Below are positions 30,170 through 39,483 of a stretch of DNA of 64,000 nt, in pieces. Both the position numbers and the translations under genes were made by a program. The notes beneath the pieces are model-generated. The model had not been told where the DNA came from. It made no database searches and saw only the letters and a list, made by a program, of their open reading frames with translations. The stretch is from IMG/VR virus record IMGVR_UViG_3300020057_000027, positions 32,001-96,000 of that record; one strand, written 5' to 3'. Origin of the DNA: a virus. How positions within the stretch are numbered: position 1 is the first letter of the stretch; every line of letters begins with the position of its first letter.

Positions 30170-31293
30170 TGTCTGGCGTAACCTCTGTTGAACGTAAAGC
30201 AAGACGCAATCACGCGATCTTAGAAGCTATGGGCGGAGAACCAGTTTGGGACCTGAAGAAGGATATTTCCCAAATAGGTTCTCTGCTTAATTGGTACAGT
30301 CAAAATAAAGATTCTACCGATGGTCAAAAATATTTTGTTCAATATTTCAAAAGAGAAAACAAGCCCGCATTAGAGATTAAGCATTTAGAAAAACTTAAAC
30401 CGTGGGAGATTGGCACACACGGATGGTTAGCTAGAATTGTAGCATTAACTGAGCCTAGACCTGAAGAGCTAGTTAAAAAGCTAGATGAAAAATATGCAAC
30501 ATTAATAGCTGGAATTGTACCAGAAGTTCCAGAGGTTGTAGAAGTTAAAAAAGAATTACCAAACATTCAAGATAGATTACAAGAACAACTATCAGAATAT
30601 ATGTCCGAAGTTGAAGGTTGGATAGATGATTTTTTTGAAAATAAATTTGAATCAAAAATAGTTCCATTTGAATGGTTCAAAGAGAAACAGATCAAACCAT
30701 TACAGATTAAAAATCTCAGTGAGCATTATAAAAATCATAATTTAGCTGAACTTAAACTGGCACAATCAGGTAAAGATGACCAGTTAGTTGAAGCTTATGA
30801 ATTTTTAGGTAAATCTGGCTTAAAGAAAATAATTGGTTTTATTGAAACTATTATAGAAGGTGCCGACAAGTGGTACGATATTTCTAAACAGCTATCTTCT
30901 CTTGGAAGAAAACCTAGAATTAAAAAGACGAAACCAGCAATCAAACAGATTGCAAAATTAAAATACTTAAAAGAGAGTGGTGAGTTTAAGAGTATAGATC
31001 CAATCAAAGTTATTGGTGCCGAACAGTTATGGGTATATAACGTAAAGTATAGAACACTTGGAGTTTATGTGTGTTCTAATCCACACGGCTTTCAAATTAA
31101 AGGTTGTACAATCTTGAACTTTGATGAAAAAGAATCTTCAGCTAAGAAGTTGCGAAAACCTGAAGAGGTTATTCCGAAAGTCCTAGAAGCAGGTAAAGTA
31201 GCTTTACGTAAGATACTTCCAACAGTGCGAGCAAAGGAAAAGAAGTTGACTGGAAGAATCAATAAAGATACAATACTAATTAAAGTCATATGA
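30169..31293 (+). CDS. Conserved T4-like phage hypothetical protein
   Basis: LWVYNVKYRTL, KKLRKPEE, LTGRINKDTIL. Confidence 0.7.
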   Translation: MSGVTSVERKARRNHAILEAMGGEPVWDLKKDISQIGSLLNWYSQNKDSTDGQKYFVQYFKRENKPALEIKHLEKLKPWEIGTHGWLARIVALTEPRPEELVKKLDEKYATLIAGIVPEVPEVVEVKKELPNIQDRLQEQLSEYMSEVEGWIDDFFENKFESKIVPFEWFKEKQIKPLQIKNLSEHYKNHNLAELKLAQSGKDDQLVEAYEFLGKSGLKKIIGFIETIIEGADKWYDISKQLSSLGRKPRIKKTKPAIKQIAKLKYLKESGEFKSIDPIKVIGAEQLWVYNVKYRTLGVYVCSNPHGFQIKGCTILNFDEKESSAKKLRKPEEVIPKVLEAGKVALRKILPTVRAKEKKLTGRINKDTILIKVI

Positions 31294-32642
31294 AAACAAT
31301 ATTTTTTGATTTAGAAACTACAGACCTCAATTTTGTTGGGCAGATATTAAACTACGCTTTTGTTGCTGTAGATAGTAGCTGGAAGATCACAGATACTCTT
31401 CACGGTACGATTAAAGTATCTCCGCTTCAGTTACCATCTCCGTATGCTATTCTTGCTAATCGGGTTGATTTGATTAAACACCAAGAGACAGCAGAAGATA
31501 CAGAGCCTAATGCGATGTTAAAAATTCGTCATTGGTTGGATGATGTTATTGAGAAAGAAAAAGATCCAGTTAAGCTGATTGGTTTTAACTCTGTTAGATT
31601 TGACGTTCCTTTTCTTAGAACTTCTATGATAAGAAACGGAATCAATCCGTATCATCCTCAGTTAAGATATGGAGATGTACTTCACGTTGCACAGAAGTTA
31701 GCAGCAGTAAATCCTTCTTTTGATGCTATGCTTGGAGTAAATAAGTCCTTGAAGCTTGAAAGACTTTGCCAATTAGAAAATATAATGCAAGGTAAGCAGA
31801 CACACGAAAGTTTAGATGACGTGTTAATCACTATTGAACTAGCAAAACACTTTTCTAATAACTATGGTATTGATGTTAGGTCGTGGTCAGAATATGAAGC
31901 GAAGAAATTTGAAGACGGAAAGAAAGTTGTTATAAAAGTCTTTCCAGAGAAAGATGCTAAGTATCATCAAGATGAATATGCTAACAATAAAACTTCAGCA
32001 AGATTAGTTTGCTTAGATGTTGATAAAGCATATTCGCTCTGGATAGATATTGATGCGTGGAAAGAAGGTAAAGGTGCCGATAGTATTTCTTGGTACTCTA
32101 AAGCTTATAGTACATTCTTTGTTGATAAAGAAATTAAAGATGAAGCAACACTATCTCTAGCCGCAGAAGCGAGAGAAGATCTTTCTATGTTTAACTTGAA
32201 GAATTTCTTTCCAGAAAGAAACTGCGACATTGAGCAATTCATTTATATGATGAAGTTTAATGAGAACGGAGCACTATCTGATGCTATTTGGTCTGGCAAC
32301 ACTGATGGACTTAAGCAGTTAAATTCTAAGTATGGTAGCAAGCTATACTTGAGATATTTGATGAACCAAAAACCATTATCAGAAACCTTTGATATGGTTA
32401 AGAAATACGCACTATACCGCTATGGTGGTAAGATGAAAGTTAATAAGATGGATATAACACAAAATGATCCTAAATCTTTTCACATAACATATGGTGAGTT
32501 ATTGAACACACTTGATAAACTTCTTTCAGAAAAACAAGGTGAAGATAAAAAGCTTTTAACTTCTTTGTTAGAATTTTACAAACAATCTCCAATTACTATT
32601 GTTGCTGGCGATGAATTGATAGGAGTAGTAAATGCTAGTTGA
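31290..32642 (+). CDS. DEDDh 3'-5' exonuclease (ExoI/SbcB-like)
   Basis: FFDLETT, GFNSVRFDVPF, HESLDDV. Confidence 0.8.
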   Translation: MKTIFFDLETTDLNFVGQILNYAFVAVDSSWKITDTLHGTIKVSPLQLPSPYAILANRVDLIKHQETAEDTEPNAMLKIRHWLDDVIEKEKDPVKLIGFNSVRFDVPFLRTSMIRNGINPYHPQLRYGDVLHVAQKLAAVNPSFDAMLGVNKSLKLERLCQLENIMQGKQTHESLDDVLITIELAKHFSNNYGIDVRSWSEYEAKKFEDGKKVVIKVFPEKDAKYHQDEYANNKTSARLVCLDVDKAYSLWIDIDAWKEGKGADSISWYSKAYSTFFVDKEIKDEATLSLAAEAREDLSMFNLKNFFPERNCDIEQFIYMMKFNENGALSDAIWSGNTDGLKQLNSKYGSKLYLRYLMNQKPLSETFDMVKKYALYRYGGKMKVNKMDITQNDPKSFHITYGELLNTLDKLLSEKQGEDKKLLTSLLEFYKQSPITIVAGDELIGVVNAS

Positions 32643-32868
32643 TATTCTGTTATTTTTTCTTGTTTTTACTATTGGTAGAATTATAGGTAAAGCTGAAGCT
32701 AGAATGGCACTATCTCAGGCAGCAAGAGATCTTCCAATTTATGATAAAATTATTAAGCTTGCAGAACTTAAAGGTGAAGATATTAGTAAGCTTACTAATG
32801 ATGAGATACATAAAAGGGTAGAAAAATATAAAAAGGATATAAGTGCCAGAGACGATCTTCCTTATTAG
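32632..32868 (+). CDS. Hypothetical membrane protein
   Basis: N-terminal TM segment. Confidence 0.5.
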   Translation: MLVDILLFFLVFTIGRIIGKAEARMALSQAARDLPIYDKIIKLAELKGEDISKLTNDEIHKRVEKYKKDISARDDLPY

Positions 32869-33120
32869 TATCATCATAGCAGCAGCAATTTATTACACTG
32901 GATTTAAACACGGCTATTCAAAATGTATTGATGATCTCCGAAAAGCTCCAATCAAGAGAGGTTAAATGTTAGTTCTTCTTTTTGTCATATTTCAATTTTG
33001 TATTGCGTTTGCTTTTGGATGGTTCAGAGGTAATATGAAAAGATTTGAATTGGATGAAAAAGAAAAATTAGATCTATATTGTGCAGGGTGGAGAGACAGT
33101 ATATAATATTTTAGGAGAAT

Positions 33121-33444
33121 ATGATGATCAATACTACTTCAAGGAAAGGGCTCTTGACGGATTTAAGGAATTCCAATCCTCTTTTAAAAAAGTTGAGCCG
33201 CACTAGATTTTCATATAAGACAGCTAAGAGTATTTTAGAAAAGTTTTCTAATGATCCTTTAGCTATGTTAGCATATGAAGAGGTTGCATCTTTTTTCAAA
33301 CAGAATGAAAAGAAAACGGTGCGTTGGTTCTTTGCTGAAAATCCTATGTTGGGTGGTATTAGACCAATTGAAATGATAATAATGGGAAGACAAAAGAAGT
33401 TAATGCAATTTATTTTAGATCAAAAAGAAGGTAGAGGTGAGTAA
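33121..33444 (+). CDS. Protein with Xre/MbcA/ParS-type antitoxin C-terminal domain
   Basis: WFFAENPMLGGIRPIEMI motif. Confidence 0.65.
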   Translation: MMINTTSRKGLLTDLRNSNPLLKKLSRTRFSYKTAKSILEKFSNDPLAMLAYEEVASFFKQNEKKTVRWFFAENPMLGGIRPIEMIIMGRQKKLMQFILDQKEGRGE

Positions 33445-33820
33445 TAAACCACATACTTGTCCAGTCTGCGGAGGTTCAGGAACTAATCCTGTTGGTGGTT
33501 GGTCTACCAGTGCTATACCTATGACAGTTCCCTGTACAACTTGTAGTGGTCAAGGTATTGTTTGGGGTCCAGAAGGATCAGAAAAAAATTGGACGATGCC
33601 TGAGATAGCAGCAGATTTATATCCTATAATTAATATTCCCAGAATATTCCCACCTCTTCAAGATCCACACGATTTGATGCCACCTCCAAATAAAATACAA
33701 GAAATAATGGAGCAATTGGATGAAGCAATCAAAAAACATAAAGAAGAGAATCCAAAAACCTTAGAAGAAGAAATATTAGAAATAATAAAAGAAACCTGTA
33801 CAAAACGCATACAACTGTGA
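33437..33820 (+). CDS. DnaJ-type Zn finger protein
   Basis: CPVCGGSG...CTTCSGQG. Confidence 0.6.
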   Translation: MSNKPHTCPVCGGSGTNPVGGWSTSAIPMTVPCTTCSGQGIVWGPEGSEKNWTMPEIAADLYPIINIPRIFPPLQDPHDLMPPPNKIQEIMEQLDEAIKKHKEENPKTLEEEILEIIKETCTKRIQL

Positions 33821-33832
33821 TATAATGATTAT

Positions 33833-34720
33833 ATGATATTAATTGATTTTAACCAAACTCTTATTTCTAATTTGATGTCGCAGATCGGCAGCAATCCTAA
33901 TGCCCAACTAAGTGAAGATTTGATACGCCATATGGTGCTATCAAGTATCTTATCATATAAAAAGAAATTTGGTCCAGATTATGGTCAGATGGTTTTTTGT
34001 TCTGATGATAGACATTATTGGCGCCGCGAAGTATTTCAATACTATAAAGCTAATAGAAAGAAGGCGCGAGAAAGTTCTGGATTTGATTGGGGTTTAATCT
34101 TTAACACTCTCAATAAAATTAGAGATGAGATTAGAGAAACTTTTCCCTACTTAGTAATTCAAATTCATGGCGCCGAAGCGGATGATATCATTGCTACTAT
34201 GACAAAATATACACAGACTAATAATCTTACTAGAGTTGGTTTGGATGAAGAAGCTCAGCCAGTATTGATATTATCTGGAGATAAGGATTTCTTACAGCTA
34301 CAGAAGTATCCAAATATTAAGCAGTATTCACCTATGCAGAAGAAATATCTAAGTGTAGATGATCCTCATAAATATCTAATAGAGCATATTATCAGGGGAG
34401 ATAGTGGTGACGGTATTCCTAACTTCTTATCTTCAGATAGTGTTTTTGTAACAGAAGGTGCAAAGCAAAAATCAGTAATGACTAAAAAAGTCGATGAATG
34501 GTTGAGAGCTAAATCACCAGAAGAATTTTGTGATGAAGGAATGTTACGTAATTATAAGAGAAACGAGCAACTGATTGACCTAAGTAAAGTGCCTGAGGCG
34601 ATAGAATTAGCTATCATTCAAGCATATGAACAAGGTCCAAAAGGTAGCAGAAAAAACTTATTTGATTACTTTGTGAAAAATCGGTTGAAGTTTTTAATGG
34701 ATGAGATGTCTCAATTTTAA
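33833..34720 (+). CDS. rnh: T4-like RNase H (5'-3' exonuclease)
   Basis: LIDFNQ, YKANRKK, EADDII, SGDKDFLQL, GDSGDGIPN. Confidence 0.92.
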   Translation: MILIDFNQTLISNLMSQIGSNPNAQLSEDLIRHMVLSSILSYKKKFGPDYGQMVFCSDDRHYWRREVFQYYKANRKKARESSGFDWGLIFNTLNKIRDEIRETFPYLVIQIHGAEADDIIATMTKYTQTNNLTRVGLDEEAQPVLILSGDKDFLQLQKYPNIKQYSPMQKKYLSVDDPHKYLIEHIIRGDSGDGIPNFLSSDSVFVTEGAKQKSVMTKKVDEWLRAKSPEEFCDEGMLRNYKRNEQLIDLSKVPEAIELAIIQAYEQGPKGSRKNLFDYFVKNRLKFLMDEMSQF

Positions 34721-34730
34721 TGGAGTTAAT

Positions 34731-35243
34731 ATGGCATTAGTACATAATCTACCTAGAACGGTAGGAGAAGTTTTTGAAGCATTGAAAGGTGCTAAGACAA
34801 AAGGTGAGAGAGCAAAGATTCTACAAGAGAATGATAATCTCGCGGTGCGATCAATATTGCGATTAAATTTTGACCCTAAGTTGAAATTTGAATTGCCTGA
34901 AGGATTTCCTGCCAATTACAAACCTAATCCAAAACCAACTGGTTTTGGTGAAGTGACTTTGAAAAGTATTGTAAAGAAGTTTTATATTTTTGTTAAAGAA
35001 TCTACGCCAAATTTGAGACAGTTTAAGCGTGAACAGATCTTCGGACAGTTACTTGAACAATTATCTCATCAAGAAGCAACAGTGCTTGTTGAAGCGAAGG
35101 ATAAAAAGCTTAATGTGGGTTTAACTCGCAAGTTAGTAGAGGAAATATTTCCTGATCTACTGCCGGCGGATGCTAAATCTATTAAAGAGACTAAAACTTC
35201 TGGAGATTTAGATGAAACCGAGGGCGCTGATAAGGTTGTTTAA
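34731..35243 (+). CDS. Conserved T4-like hypothetical protein (DUF6433-like)
   Basis: NFDPKLKFELPEG, KREQIFGQLLE; position after rnh. Confidence 0.65.
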   Translation: MALVHNLPRTVGEVFEALKGAKTKGERAKILQENDNLAVRSILRLNFDPKLKFELPEGFPANYKPNPKPTGFGEVTLKSIVKKFYIFVKESTPNLRQFKREQIFGQLLEQLSHQEATVLVEAKDKKLNVGLTRKLVEEIFPDLLPADAKSIKETKTSGDLDETEGADKVV

Positions 35244-35448
35244 CCTAGTAGTATCATATGATACAGAGCAGCCCGATATTCTTTTGGAGCAAGAAGCCCA
35301 ACTTTTAGTAGCAGAGATAAACAGAATATTAAAAGAGAATTTACCTGGCCCTATACCACAACTATCTTTTGAAGATATGAAAAAGAAAATTAAAATTGGA
35401 GTTAAAAATTATAAAGCCTCAGAAATTGGGCTTGATGATAGTGAATAA
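35212..35448 (+). CDS. Hypothetical protein
   Basis: ORF with GGAG RBS. Confidence 0.55.
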   Translation: MKPRALIRLFNLVVSYDTEQPDILLEQEAQLLVAEINRILKENLPGPIPQLSFEDMKKKIKIGVKNYKASEIGLDDSE

Positions 35449-35450
35449 TT

Positions 35451-35684
35451 ATGAGAGCAAGACTAACGATACTTTACAATCCTTCTTGTCCACAAGAGAC
35501 TCAAGAGATTGACGATATGCGCCACGCATCCGATTTCAAAATGATCATCTGGGACATCCAACAAAAATTAAGAGAAATAGAAAAGCACGGAGATCATTCT
35601 AAACTTACTGCTTATGATGTTATAGATGAAGTAAATCAACTCATAAGAGAAGAACTCACTAGTAAGGGTTTAACATTAGAATAA
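35451..35684 (+). CDS. Hypothetical protein
   Basis: ORF in operon. Confidence 0.55.
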   Translation: MRARLTILYNPSCPQETQEIDDMRHASDFKMIIWDIQQKLREIEKHGDHSKLTAYDVIDEVNQLIREELTSKGLTLE

Positions 35685-35691
35685 ATAATAT

Positions 35692-35905
35692 TAGCCGCGC
35701 CCCTTAAGCAAGGGTCAGTATCCGCCCGTTTAATTCAACGGGCTAATGAAGTGGTTGCTACCACAAAAAAGAATTCCTGCTTGCGAAGTAGGTGTGGAAG
35801 CACACCTTTAATACAATGGGTGGAGGTAGTTAAATACCGTTGAAATCTTTTTGTATATGCTTCTTTTTCTTTCCTACCCTTGGCAGTAGACCTCTGGATA
35901 CTTCT
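35692..35905 (+). ncRNA. Candidate structured ncRNA of unknown family
   Basis: GC-richer intergenic stretch after TAAATA; several hairpins closed by agtatcc/ggatact. Confidence 0.45.
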
Positions 35906-35941
35906 AAATAATTTGAAGTATTTAATTAGAAGAGGTGTCAA

Positions 35942-36595
35942 ATGATTAAACTGTTGCTTGGATTCATTTTGGATGCTATAAGAGTATCCGTTAAATGTTT
36001 TCTTCTATTCCTTCCGTCGTTGTTAGTCTATACCGTTTTAACTCAACCAGCAATCATAATGAATCGTGGACTTCCTCTGGTTGAAATTGCTAATCAACCA
36101 TTAATTCACGAATTACTTCCTCACACAAGATGGGGAGATCTTAAACCTTGTGGTACAGTATTTGATGAACAAGAAGAATTCAATAAAGCTAGACAGTGTG
36201 TTAATCAGACCGCATGGCGCAAACGTCCAGTTAGTGAAGAATTAGAAATTCCTAGATGTTACATAGTTAGTGCTAGTTCGCCTGATGTATACAGCGAAAA
36301 AACAGGAACATTTAATTTCATACCAGTAGTAGATATATACGGAATTGGTGCTGTATTGGGTGTATATCAACCAGAAACACGTACTGTATTCATAGTTGAA
36401 AATATTGATGCTGCCCAAGTCTACAGACACGAAACACAACATTATATGCTTCACGAACATGATCCTGAAACTCGTGGTGGCGGCCATCATCAAGAGATCT
36501 GGCAGTCGTGTGAAGCTCCTTACTACAGTCCAAGTATAGAAGCAAAAATGATTGGTGCTATTAAAGATTTCAGTAAACCAAAAGCAGAGAAATAA
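35942..36595 (+). CDS. Membrane-anchored putative zincin metallopeptidase
   Basis: N-terminal TM segment; HETQH (HExxH). Confidence 0.55.
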   Translation: MIKLLLGFILDAIRVSVKCFLLFLPSLLVYTVLTQPAIIMNRGLPLVEIANQPLIHELLPHTRWGDLKPCGTVFDEQEEFNKARQCVNQTAWRKRPVSEELEIPRCYIVSASSPDVYSEKTGTFNFIPVVDIYGIGAVLGVYQPETRTVFIVENIDAAQVYRHETQHYMLHEHDPETRGGGHHQEIWQSCEAPYYSPSIEAKMIGAIKDFSKPKAEK

Positions 36596-36622
36596 AAAAA
36601 AGGGCACATTGAGTGCCCCTTG
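36594..36622. terminator. Terminator between convergent genes
   Basis: aaaaaaagggcac-attga-gtgccc. Confidence 0.7.
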
Positions 36623-36627
36623 AGTGT

Positions 36628-36747
36628 TTACTTCTTGCCTTTCTTAGTAGCTTTCTTCAAAGGAAGTACACAAGCTTTACACTGTGAGGCCTTCTTTAAT
36701 CCAAGCTTAACTAGGAGTCTAGCAAGTAAACATTTTAGCTTTTTCAT
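36628..36747 (-). CDS. Small very basic protein (39 aa)
   Basis: Read manually: MKKLKCLLARLLVKLGLKKASQCKACVLPLKKATKKGKK; GGAGA RBS, TAAATA promoter, terminator. Confidence 0.65.
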   Translation of the reverse strand: MKKLKCLLARLLVKLGLKKASQCKACVLPLKKATKKGKK

Positions 36748-36803
36748 GTTGTTTCTCCAATAAAAACGTTTACTATTCAGATTATTTATGTTAGAATAAT
36801 CTT

Positions 36804-37283
36804 ATGAACATATTCTATCTTTCTGAAGATCCAAGTATAGCCGCTAGGTATCACAATGATAAACATGTAGTTAAAATGATTTTAGAAACTGCTCAAATAC
36901 TATCAACGGCACATAGAGTATTGGATAAGAGTATATCTACTGAATTATATAAAGCTACGCATATCAACCATCCGTCTACTAAATGGGCACGTGCCAACAT
37001 AAATAATTATCAGTGGTTATATAATTTGTTTTGTGAACTTTGCACAGAATACACTTTTAGGTACGGAAAAACACACCTTACTGAGAAGAAACTTAAACAT
37101 GTGTTACAACAAGCGCCGATGCTTATATCTAATGACGCTTTCACTCAACCTCCTCAAGCTATGCCTGACGAATTTCGCAGTGCGGATAGTATTCAATCAT
37201 ACAGAACCTATTATATTAAAAGTAAAAATCATTTGGCAAGTTGGACTAAAAGACCAACACCAGATTGGTATACAGGAGTTTAA
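36804..37283 (+). CDS. Pyrimidine dimer DNA glycosylase-like protein
   Basis: MNIFYL...DKHVVKMILETAQILST, YKATHINHPS, PQAMPD. Confidence 0.8.
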   Translation: MNIFYLSEDPSIAARYHNDKHVVKMILETAQILSTAHRVLDKSISTELYKATHINHPSTKWARANINNYQWLYNLFCELCTEYTFRYGKTHLTEKKLKHVLQQAPMLISNDAFTQPPQAMPDEFRSADSIQSYRTYYIKSKNHLASWTKRPTPDWYTGV

Positions 37284-37285
37284 TT

Positions 37286-37546
37286 ATGCCAACATATGAA
37301 TTTGAATGTAGTAAGTGTAATTTTAAGTTCAGTGATCTTTTGAAGATAGTAGAAAGAAGTATACCTTTAGAAAGTCCCTGTCCAAATTGTAAGGAGGAAA
37401 AATGCGTTACTTCAGTCTTCTCGGCTCCAGCTTTGGTGAGTCCGAGTGCTATAGATGGTCTGAGAAAACCTCGGTCGGATTTCAAGGAGAGGATGTTACA
37501 GATTAAAGAAGGCAACAAACACACGACTAAAATAAAGGACTATTAA
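37286..37546 (+). CDS. FmdB-family Zn-ribbon protein
   Basis: MPTYEFECSKC...CPNC. Confidence 0.8.
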   Translation: MPTYEFECSKCNFKFSDLLKIVERSIPLESPCPNCKEEKCVTSVFSAPALVSPSAIDGLRKPRSDFKERMLQIKEGNKHTTKIKDY

Positions 37547-37548
37547 CT

Positions 37549-38322
37549 ATGGGAAAAAGATCCCGTAAAAATACGAATTACAAACCAGAGCAAGCCCCAC
37601 AAGAAGACGTTTTAAAAGAAGAAGATCCTTATAGAAGACAGAAAAAGTTATTAAATCATAATTTCAAATTAGAGGCCATCAAACCTCTTACTGAAAATCA
37701 ACGAAAAGCTTTTTACGCTTTTGGTAGTGATAAACATCTTTTGTTGTATGGTGTTGCAGGTACAGGAAAAACATTTCTTGGTTTATATTTTGGTCTATCA
37801 GAATTATTTTCTGGTAATGTTCGCCAAATAATAATTGTGAGAAGCGCGGTGGCATCAAGAGATCTAGGGTTTATGCCTGGAACACTATCAGAAAAGATGG
37901 CAGTCTATGAAGCTCCATATAAAGATATTTGTGCTGAACTTTCTGGTGGCCGTAGAGATGTATATGATACACTGAAAAAGAAAGGCAATCTTGATTTTAT
38001 GTCCACATCATTCATTAGAGGATTAACCTTTGATGACGCAATATTGATTGTGGATGAAGTTCAGAACTTAACCGATCACGAATTAAATTCAGTCTTAACA
38101 CGAGTAGGAAAAAACTGTAAAGTAATACTATGCGGTGATTTTAGACAAGACGATTTGAAAATGAACGGTAAAAAGTCACAAGAAACTGGTATCCATAATA
38201 TGATAAAAATAGCTAGAGCAATGCCCAGTTTTGACTTGATTGAGTTTCAAATTGGTGATATAGTACGTAGTGGGTTCGTAAAAGAATACATTATAACCCG
38301 CCACAATTTAAAGCTAGATTAA
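37549..38322 (+). CDS. phoH: PhoH-like ATPase
   Basis: GVAGTGKT, RDLGFMPG, FIRGLTFD, DEVQN, GDFRQ. Confidence 0.92.
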   Translation: MGKRSRKNTNYKPEQAPQEDVLKEEDPYRRQKKLLNHNFKLEAIKPLTENQRKAFYAFGSDKHLLLYGVAGTGKTFLGLYFGLSELFSGNVRQIIIVRSAVASRDLGFMPGTLSEKMAVYEAPYKDICAELSGGRRDVYDTLKKKGNLDFMSTSFIRGLTFDDAILIVDEVQNLTDHELNSVLTRVGKNCKVILCGDFRQDDLKMNGKKSQETGIHNMIKIARAMPSFDLIEFQIGDIVRSGFVKEYIITRHNLKLD

Positions 38323-38336
38323 CCTTGGAGTTTATT

Positions 38337-38711
38337 ATGAGTGAAGTTGAAAAAGAAACACAAGGCGTAAAACACGATCAAGATAAGATTCGTATGGATC
38401 TTGTACCTTGGGATGTTGTAGTTGAGATTGCAAAGATCTTAACTTTTGGTGCTAAGAAATACGCCGACAGAAATTGGGAAAAAGGTTTCAATTGGTCAAG
38501 AGTATATGGAGCTTTGATGCGCCATTTAACTCTGTGGTTTCAAGGTCAAGACACAGATGCCGAGACTGGAAGATCACATCTTGCACATGCTGGATGCTGT
38601 TTGTTTTTCCTTTTGGCATTTGTTCTTCGTGGTGTAGGTAAAGATGATAGACCTAAACTCACTGAAGCGCAAATAGATGAAATGACTAAGTATGAAATTA
38701 ATCCTAGATAA
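38337..38711 (+). CDS. DUF5664-type dNTP diphosphohydrolase-like protein
   Basis: GVKHDQDK..MDL, GAKKYADRNWEKG, ETGRSHLAHA. Confidence 0.78.
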   Translation: MSEVEKETQGVKHDQDKIRMDLVPWDVVVEIAKILTFGAKKYADRNWEKGFNWSRVYGALMRHLTLWFQGQDTDAETGRSHLAHAGCCLFFLLAFVLRGVGKDDRPKLTEAQIDEMTKYEINPR

Positions 38712-38747
38712 TAGTTCCAATATATAGTACGTTATAATAAATAGATT

Positions 38748-39141
38748 GGGGCTGCCATGGTTTCGACTGGAAAAACTAAGGTTAGTCGCGCAAGCCGTAG
38801 ATGATTCTTGGCTACGTTAAAATGAATCAAATGTTAAATGCAAACTCTAACGATTTTGCCGATTACGCACTAGCTGCATAATCTGTGTTTAAGTAAAGAT
38901 AGATAGTAGTATACTTAAACATATAATTTCACCACTATCGGAGCCTCTCAATAACCGTCCGTAAGAGAGTAAACCAAAACTGGGATGGGAATAATGGTTG
39001 ACCATTTGTAATTCAGGTTATGTTGTTTATTTTGAAACTGAATTGCGTGAAGGGCTGAAACCCCTCAAAAAATAAACTACGCTTGTAGTGCGAATAATTA
39101 AAGATTCTAGGACGCGAGTTCGATTCTCGCCAGCTCCACCA
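38748..39141 (+). ncRNA. ssrA: tmRNA, tag (A)ANSNDFADYALAA
   Basis: 5' GGGGCTG...GGTTTCGAC; 3' GAGTTCGATTCTCGCCAGCTCCACCA; tag ORF 38840-38881. Confidence 0.95.
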
Positions 39142-39144
39142 TAT

Positions 39145-39219
39145 CGCGGGGAAGAGAAAGAGTAACTCGCTTGGCTCATAACCAAGAGATAGCATGTGCG
39201 ACTCATGCCTCCGCTACCA
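39145..39219 (+). tRNA. tRNA-Met(CAU), initiator-like
   Basis: Cloverleaf, CTCATAA loop, C1/T72 mismatch, CCA end. Confidence 0.85.
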
Positions 39220-39234
39220 TTTTTTAAGGATACT

Positions 39235-39405
39235 ATGAACGGCGATAGACACATTAAAGGTTATGCAGTTTGTCTTTGTAAAAACTGTACACCTCCTTCA
39301 GGGAGATCTAAGTATCGTGCTTGGTTAAAATCGTTTCGTTCAGGTCTAATGCGTAAACAAAACAGAAAAATCATCAAAGAACAATTGTTAGATACACCAG
39401 TTTAA
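39235..39405 (+). CDS. Small basic hypothetical protein (MNGDRHIKG...)
   Basis: AAGGA RBS; CxCxxC. Confidence 0.55.
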   Translation: MNGDRHIKGYAVCLCKNCTPPSGRSKYRAWLKSFRSGLMRKQNRKIIKEQLLDTPV

Positions 39406-39483
39406 GCCCGAAACCCCGAAAAGCCAATACGTAGTGGAATGACTAAATATTAGTCTAGGGATTAGGGCTCTTTTTTGGGTGTT

